From positions 14,359 through 78,358 of the forward strand of contig JBJEXC010000001.1 in assembly GCA_051885355.1 (NCBI GenBank): a stretch of 64,000 nucleotides of DNA, in the 5' to 3' direction. The DNA comes from Alphaproteobacteria bacterium. GTDB taxonomy: Bacteria > Pseudomonadota > Alphaproteobacteria > Rs-D84 > CACZYB01. Below, in pieces: positions 58,874 to 64,000 of this stretch (the stretch's first letter is position 1; every line of letters begins with the position of its first letter). The position numbers were made by a program, and so were the translations under genes. The notes under the pieces were generated by a model. The model was not told the origin of the DNA. It saw nothing but the letters and a program-made list of their open reading frames with translations, and made no database searches.

Positions 58874-59653
58874 TTACTCTCCTATATTTTTCAAAATAAT
58901 AGATGATACCTGAAACTTTCCATCAGTTAAAATAGAATTGTGATTAAAGGTTGGAAGTATAAAAAGTTTCGAACTATTAATAACACTGTGAAAATTTTTT
59001 CCAAACTCAGGTGGTGTAATTTTATCCCTCTCCCCATAAATTAACACAGTCGGAATAGTTATTTTTTTTGCAAGCGTAAGTGACGGAGTTTTTATAGTTT
59101 CTTTCATTATCTCCCTCATCACAGCCTTAGTATTCTTATAATCATCACTTGCGATTTTGTTAAATATTTTTTTATAGATATAAGTATTTTCAAGATTTCC
59201 ACCAAACGATGAGAAAATCTTTGAAATAATAGAATGTATTTTTTGCAAACTCCATACAGGAATTTTCTTATAAATATGCACTTTCTTTTTAAGTCCAGCC
59301 CCTGCAATTATCACAATCCTGTCAATAAGTGTTGAATAGTTTGCACCCAAATCAATTGCAATACGACCACCAAAGGAATGCCCCACAATAATAACCTTGT
59401 CATCCCTATTTTTTATCCCCTTTATAAAATCCGCTATAATAGAGGAATATTCAGAAATGCTCATAACCATTTCAGGCACAGGACTTTTCCCAAACCCAGG
59501 AAGGTCAATCAAATAGCAATCATAATTATTTAACATTTTAGCAATAGGCTTAAAGTTAATAAGATTATGCCCCCATCCATGCAAAAGCACAAATTTTATA
59601 TGGGAATTTTTTTTACCCTTTATATATTCAAAATTCAAATTTTCATATACCAT
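58874..59653 (-). CDS. Alpha/beta-hydrolase fold esterase
   Basis: HGWGH oxyanion region; nucleophile elbow GHSFGG; translationally coupled to the upstream MurF-like gene. Confidence 0.7.
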   Translation of the reverse strand: MVYENLNFEYIKGKKNSHIKFVLLHGWGHNLINFKPIAKMLNNYDCYLIDLPGFGKSPVPEMVMSISEYSSIIADFIKGIKNRDDKVIIVGHSFGGRIAIDLGANYSTLIDRIVIIAGAGLKKKVHIYKKIPVWSLQKIHSIISKIFSSFGGNLENTYIYKKIFNKIASDDYKNTKAVMREIMKETIKTPSLTLAKKITIPTVLIYGERDKITPPEFGKNFHSVINSSKLFILPTFNHNSILTDGKFQVSSIILKNIGE

Positions 59654-59754
59654 AATTACCTCATAATTTAAAAAAATTATATACTATAATAACAAAAAAT
59701 ACAAAGAAAATCTAAATATCTTGATTTTTAAGTAAAATTTATATATGATAAATA

Positions 59755-59845
59755 TCGAGGTTTGACGGACGGTATTATTTTTATACTGGGTCAGGTTCGG
59801 AAGAAAGCAGCCCCTAAATCTAACATCGGGTTGTCAAAACCTCAT
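59755..59845 (+). ncRNA. ffs: Signal recognition particle 4.5S RNA
   Basis: Terminal 10-bp helix GAGGUUUGAC/GUCAAAACCUC. Conserved domain IV core GGGUCAGGUUCGGAAGAAAGCAGCC (cf. E. coli GGUCAGGUCCGGAAGGAAGCAGCC). T-run after. Confidence 0.75.
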
Positions 59846-59848
59846 TTT

Positions 59849-60058
59849 TTATTTCAAATCTATATCAATAATAGACATATTAAAATCAAATGAAACCTCA
59901 TCATCATCAACATCACGATACAAAGTTCCAATAAATTCTGAATCAATATAAACCTCAGCCATATCTTCATCAGATTTAGAAGGCACAAGTTTAATTTTTT
60001 CATTTGAAAATTTGTTTTTTAAGTATTTTTCAACTTTAAGTAGTTCTTCGTTTTTCAT
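59849..60058 (-). CDS. DUF3126-family small protein
   Basis: ~70-aa alphaproteobacterial family pattern (KVEKYLKNKFSNEKIKLVP...AEVYIDSEFIGTLYRD). Confidence 0.55.
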   Translation of the reverse strand: MKNEELLKVEKYLKNKFSNEKIKLVPSKSDEDMAEVYIDSEFIGTLYRDVDDDEVSFDFNMSIIDIDLK

Positions 60059-60195
60059 ATATTTCTCCTGTTTATAAAATTAATTATAAATGATTTTTAC
60101 AAATATTACTAGTATAAAAGAATTATTTTTTATATTGTCATTTCAAACTATAATTATTATACTTAAACAAAAAATAATAATAAAAGGAAGTCATT

Positions 60196-61014
60196 ATGAA
60201 AATTTTATTTCTAGGTGATGTTGTTGGCAAAAGTGGAAGAAAAAAACTTTTTTCTCTTATTGATACAATTGTATCTAAGTTGAAAATAGATTTTACAATA
60301 GTAAATGCAGAAAATTCTGCACACGGTTTTGGTATCAATCCAGATATAGCCCAGAAATTTTTTATGTATAATATTGATGTGTTAACAACTGGCGACCATA
60401 TTTGGGACCAAATGACAATCAAACCTTATTTACAGGAGGAAGCAAGAATAATTCGCCCACTTAATTACAAAAAATATAATGATGGCAATGGATATAAAAT
60501 TTATACATCAAAAAATGGTAAAAAAATTTTAGTGGTAAATCTTCTCGGAACTCTTTTTATGATGAGAGAGGATATTGAAAACCCATTCTTAACAATGAAT
60601 AACTTATTAAATGATTATAAGTTAGGTCAAAATGTCGATGCAATTTTTGTTGATTTCCATGCAGAAGCAACATCCGAAAAAATGTCGCTTGCCCATTTTC
60701 TTGACGGTCGTGTAACAGCAGTAATTGGCACCCATACACATATACCAACATCTGATAATCATATACTTCCAAACGGAACTGCTTTCCAATCTGATGCAGG
60801 TATGTGTGGCGACTTTAACTCATCAATTGGTATGAAAACAGATGTTTCAATTTCAAGATTTTTAGGTGAGGGGGAACATACCCACCTTTGCCCAGCCGAA
60901 GGTGAAGCAACCCTTTGCGGTGTAATAATTGAAACAGATGATAAAACTGGACTTGCAAAAAATATTGAACCTTTAAGAGTTGGTGGAATACTTCCTCAAA
61001 CACATAAACTATAA
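60196..61014 (+). CDS. YmdB-like metallophosphoesterase (TIGR00282)
   Basis: MKILFLGDVVGKSGR N-terminus and GDH / GTHTH metal-binding motifs. Confidence 0.8.
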   Translation: MKILFLGDVVGKSGRKKLFSLIDTIVSKLKIDFTIVNAENSAHGFGINPDIAQKFFMYNIDVLTTGDHIWDQMTIKPYLQEEARIIRPLNYKKYNDGNGYKIYTSKNGKKILVVNLLGTLFMMREDIENPFLTMNNLLNDYKLGQNVDAIFVDFHAEATSEKMSLAHFLDGRVTAVIGTHTHIPTSDNHILPNGTAFQSDAGMCGDFNSSIGMKTDVSISRFLGEGEHTHLCPAEGEATLCGVIIETDDKTGLAKNIEPLRVGGILPQTHKL

Positions 61015-62174
61015 TGAAAAATTCGTATGAAATAAAAAGATTGGTTTTAACAAACTTTCGCTCTTATGATAAATTAAAAATAGATTGCGAAGGTATCAAA
61101 AATATTATAATTACCGGAGAAAACGGCGCTGGTAAAACTAATATTTTAGAGGCTATATCAATGCTTTCTATTTCCGGACCATTCAGAAAGGCAAAACTTT
61201 CCCAACTTGGTAAAATTAATAGCGATAACAAAGTATTTACAATTTCATCTCAACTTTTAACAGGAAACGATTCGCACACTCTTGGCATTTCCTATAATTA
61301 CAAAAATAAAGATGAATTTACCCAAGATGATTTTGAAGAAACAATAGAAAAAAGAATGATTGTTGCAAATGAAAATAATATCCAAGCCCAAGATTTACAA
61401 AACTTTGTAAAAATTATTTGGATAACTCCATTTATGGATAGACTTTTTTCAGAGGCAACTGGCGAACGCAGAAAATTTCTGGATAACCTTATATCAAACT
61501 TTTATCCATTTTATGGAACTTCTCTTAACCAATATAATAACCTTTTAAAACAACGCTCCAAAATTTTAAAGGGAAAAAACAGCGACCTAAATTGGCTTTC
61601 AAGTATAGAGGAGGAAATAGTCTCTCTCGGTGTCAGCATTGCTGATTTACGATTAGAATTCGAAGAAAAATTAAATAAAATCCTAAGTGAGAGAAAGACC
61701 AACTTCCCCCACATACAAATTACAATTACCGGCTTGATAGAAGATAAACTTCGCACACATAAAGCTGTAGAGGTAGAGGACTTTTTCAAACAAACCTTAA
61801 TCGCAAATCGTGAACTCTTTAAATATAACTTTTCCCCACCAGTAGAAGGTATCCACCGTTCCGATTTTACCGCATACAACCTTGATAAATTTATATCCGC
61901 CGACCAAACTTCAACTGGTGAACAAAAATGCACAGTCATTTCAATAATCCTTGCCTATGCAAATTTACTTTACCTTTATTTTGATAAATATCCAATTATT
62001 TTAATAGATGAGGCTCCCGCCCACCTTGATGATTTAAAATTACAAAGGTTGTTTGAGGAACTTGAAAATATCCCAACACAAATCTGGTTCACAGGTATAA
62101 TAAAGGACGATTTTAAATATTTTGAAAATAAAACATCCCTCTTCTTACATATAGAAAACAGCAAACTAAAATAA
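61014..62174 (+). CDS. recF: DNA replication and repair protein RecF
   Basis: Walker A GENGAGKTNILEAI, signature and Walker B (ILIDEAPAHLD); start overlaps the preceding stop (ATAATGA). Confidence 0.85.
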   Translation: MKNSYEIKRLVLTNFRSYDKLKIDCEGIKNIIITGENGAGKTNILEAISMLSISGPFRKAKLSQLGKINSDNKVFTISSQLLTGNDSHTLGISYNYKNKDEFTQDDFEETIEKRMIVANENNIQAQDLQNFVKIIWITPFMDRLFSEATGERRKFLDNLISNFYPFYGTSLNQYNNLLKQRSKILKGKNSDLNWLSSIEEEIVSLGVSIADLRLEFEEKLNKILSERKTNFPHIQITITGLIEDKLRTHKAVEVEDFFKQTLIANRELFKYNFSPPVEGIHRSDFTAYNLDKFISADQTSTGEQKCTVISIILAYANLLYLYFDKYPIILIDEAPAHLDDLKLQRLFEELENIPTQIWFTGIIKDDFKYFENKTSLFLHIENSKLK

Positions 62175-62230
62175 ACTCTTTTCTAAGTCAAAAAAATATG
62201 CTATACTTTTAATATTAAAAGGAAGTAAAA

Positions 62231-64000
62231 ATGACATTTTTAAAAAATGTTTTTGAAGATAGATATCAAGGAGAACATCATAAGGCAGCCCGCTGGCTTA
62301 TGATAGCCTATATTATTTTTACCCTTATTATGTGGGCAATTTTAATAATGATTTTCCCTATCACTTATTGGATAAACAGTGGATTTGATAATGCTGTATT
62401 TCAATCTCCAGAAGTAAAAAACTATTTTACACAAATTGTAAATACAAAGGGATTTTATGTAATATTTGCTTATTACCATTGGGTATTGGATTTTGTGGCA
62501 AGACGAACATCTACCGTTATCCCAGCAATCCCACTTATGGCAATTCCTGTATTGCTTGTTGTATTGGAAAATAAAAATCCACATGAAGTTACATCAACTC
62601 CTGATGCTTATTCAAAGCATGCAAACGAAGAAATATTAAAGAAAATGAAGGTATGGGATGGTTTTATTGTAGTCCTCGGTAAATTTAAAAAAAGATTTTT
62701 AAAACTGGGTGAAACATTATCTGTGCTTGTATGTGCTCCACCTGGAACTGGTAAAACAGTAGGTATAGTTATTCCAACAATTTTTGAATGTGATACAGTA
62801 AGTATGATTGTCAACGATCCAAAACCTGAACTTTGCTATATCACAAGTGGTTACCGTGCAAAAATTGGTCCAGTATTTATTATGAATTGGGGAAGGGAAG
62901 ATGATCCAGAAAACGGCATCTACTACCCAAGTTGGAATCCTTTGTCCCCAGGAATTATCCCACCACAGGGACCAGATAGGGATATGTATGTCGACAGTAT
63001 GGTAAATGTTTTTGTGCAGGACCCTGCCGGTTCTTCTGCTGACCCACACTGGTCAAAAACTGGTCGAAATGCTTTAACAGGACTTATTCAATACATAGTT
63101 TCAAAATGTGAACGCGCAACCGCAAGTGATTACTTTTATTCCAAACTTTCAAATAATACCTTTAACGCAAATGATGCTTATATGTTAGAGGGTTATTATA
63201 TGGATATGAATGATAATTATGCAATGGGTGCCTTAACTCTTCTTCGTGAAGGAAAACTTACAAAGGATAATTATGTTCCCGTTGGCACATGGAGTGAAAT
63301 TCCAAAAAATTGGGTTGGTCGTGAAGCAAGTATTCCAATGCTTCTTGATTGGCTAAATGAATCACAAGTTGAAATTGCTGAGGCTATAAGAAAAAGAAAG
63401 GAAGAGGGGGATCAAATGGCATCACTTGCTGACCCTATGAAAGAAATGCTTGAAAATGCAGTAACAGAGGCACGTCGTTATGGATATGCTCACCGCGCAT
63501 CTCTTGAACTTACTCAACTTGCAAATACACCGGATAAGGAAAGAGGTTCCATTCTTTCCACTGCGCTAAGTGGTATTTCAATTTTCAAAAACCAAGCCGT
63601 CCGACAAAGAACTTCACACAGTGATTTTTCTTTCAAGGATTTGCGTGGAATGGTTGATCCAAATGATGGCAAAATTAAACCTGTTACAGTCTATCTTTCC
63701 GTTAACCAAACTGATGCTCGTGCCTTAAATGTTATTACAGGTGTGTTTGTTGAACTTATGTCAAATTACTTCATTTCAAATCCTCCAAATAAAGTTATAA
63801 ATACAAAAACTGGTGAAAAGGTTGGTCCTTATCCAATTTTATTTGTGCTTGATGAGTTCCCTCAAATGCCAAAACTTAATGCCGTCATTGATGGTCCTGC
63901 GGTTGGTCGTGGTCAAAAGGTTTCATATCTTCTTATTGCACAAGATTTGGGACAAATAGAGGCCGGCTATGGTCGTGAGCATGTTGAAACCTTAATGTCA
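62231..64000 (+). CDS. virD4: Type IV secretion coupling protein VirD4/TraG (3'-truncated by window end)
   Basis: RBS AAAGGAAG. N-terminal TM helices. Walker A VLVCAPPGTGKTVGIVIPT. Walker B ILFVLDEFPQMPKL. Open to the window edge; absent from the ORF track only because it has no stop. Confidence 0.8.
   Translation, partial: MTFLKNVFEDRYQGEHHKAARWLMIAYIIFTLIMWAILIMIFPITYWINSGFDNAVFQSPEVKNYFTQIVNTKGFYVIFAYYHWVLDFVARRTSTVIPAIPLMAIPVLLVVLENKNPHEVTSTPDAYSKHANEEILKKMKVWDGFIVVLGKFKKRFLKLGETLSVLVCAPPGTGKTVGIVIPTIFECDTVSMIVNDPKPELCYITSGYRAKIGPVFIMNWGREDDPENGIYYPSWNPLSPGIIPPQGPDRDMYVDSMVNVFVQDPAGSSADPHWSKTGRNALTGLIQYIVSKCERATASDYFYSKLSNNTFNANDAYMLEGYYMDMNDNYAMGALTLLREGKLTKDNYVPVGTWSEIPKNWVGREASIPMLLDWLNESQVEIAEAIRKRKEEGDQMASLADPMKEMLENAVTEARRYGYAHRASLELTQLANTPDKERGSILSTALSGISIFKNQAVRQRTSHSDFSFKDLRGMVDPNDGKIKPVTVYLSVNQTDARALNVITGVFVELMSNYFISNPPNKVINTKTGEKVGPYPILFVLDEFPQMPKLNAVIDGPAVGRGQKVSYLLIAQDLGQIEAGYGREHVETLMS

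Noticed and set aside
1-64000. CRISPR arrays, rRNA operons, IS elements, integrases
   Set aside because: No direct-repeat/spacer periodicity, no rRNA-like GC-rich blocks and no transposase or integrase motifs were seen anywhere in the window.

Overview
This 64 kb window is a gene-dense chromosomal segment from a very AT-rich bacterium (roughly 30% GC by eye), dominated by housekeeping genes. Gene content and order point to an alphaproteobacterium, probably an obligate intracellular Rickettsiales/Holosporales-like endosymbiont (inference): recJ, ftsH, msbA-like and ABC-F ATPases, a LexA/RecA SOS pair with GAAC-N7-GAAC boxes, gap, rpsU, tyrS, dnaX-ybaB, tmk-holB-tatD, murJ, bamD, a reversed dcw cluster (mraZ-rsmH-ftsL-ftsI-mraY-murD-ftsW-murG-murC-murB) that has lost murE/murF, recF, and a partial type IV coupling protein (VirD4/TraG) at the 3' edge. 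RNA genes found are tRNA-Cys(GCA) and a 4.5S SRP RNA. Accessory or unusual material sits between the housekeeping blocks. A phase-variable poly-C/G10 tract currently switches OFF a small secreted-protein gene upstream of rpsU. dnaX is split at an A10 run (gamma/tau-like arrangement or slippage site). A 502-aa endolysin-like protein with LysM and PG_binding_1 domains lies next to paralogous small membrane proteins. Two tandem secreted proteins carry eukaryote-like ephrin-receptor-type Cys repeats plus Gly-rich blocks, preceded by a GC-rich structured RNA-like element of unknown identity. There are tandem Zn-ribbon mini-proteins, a G-depleted compositional island carrying a decayed GT2 gene and a large coiled-coil glycine-zipper protein, and a MurF-like ligase with an N-terminal membrane domain.
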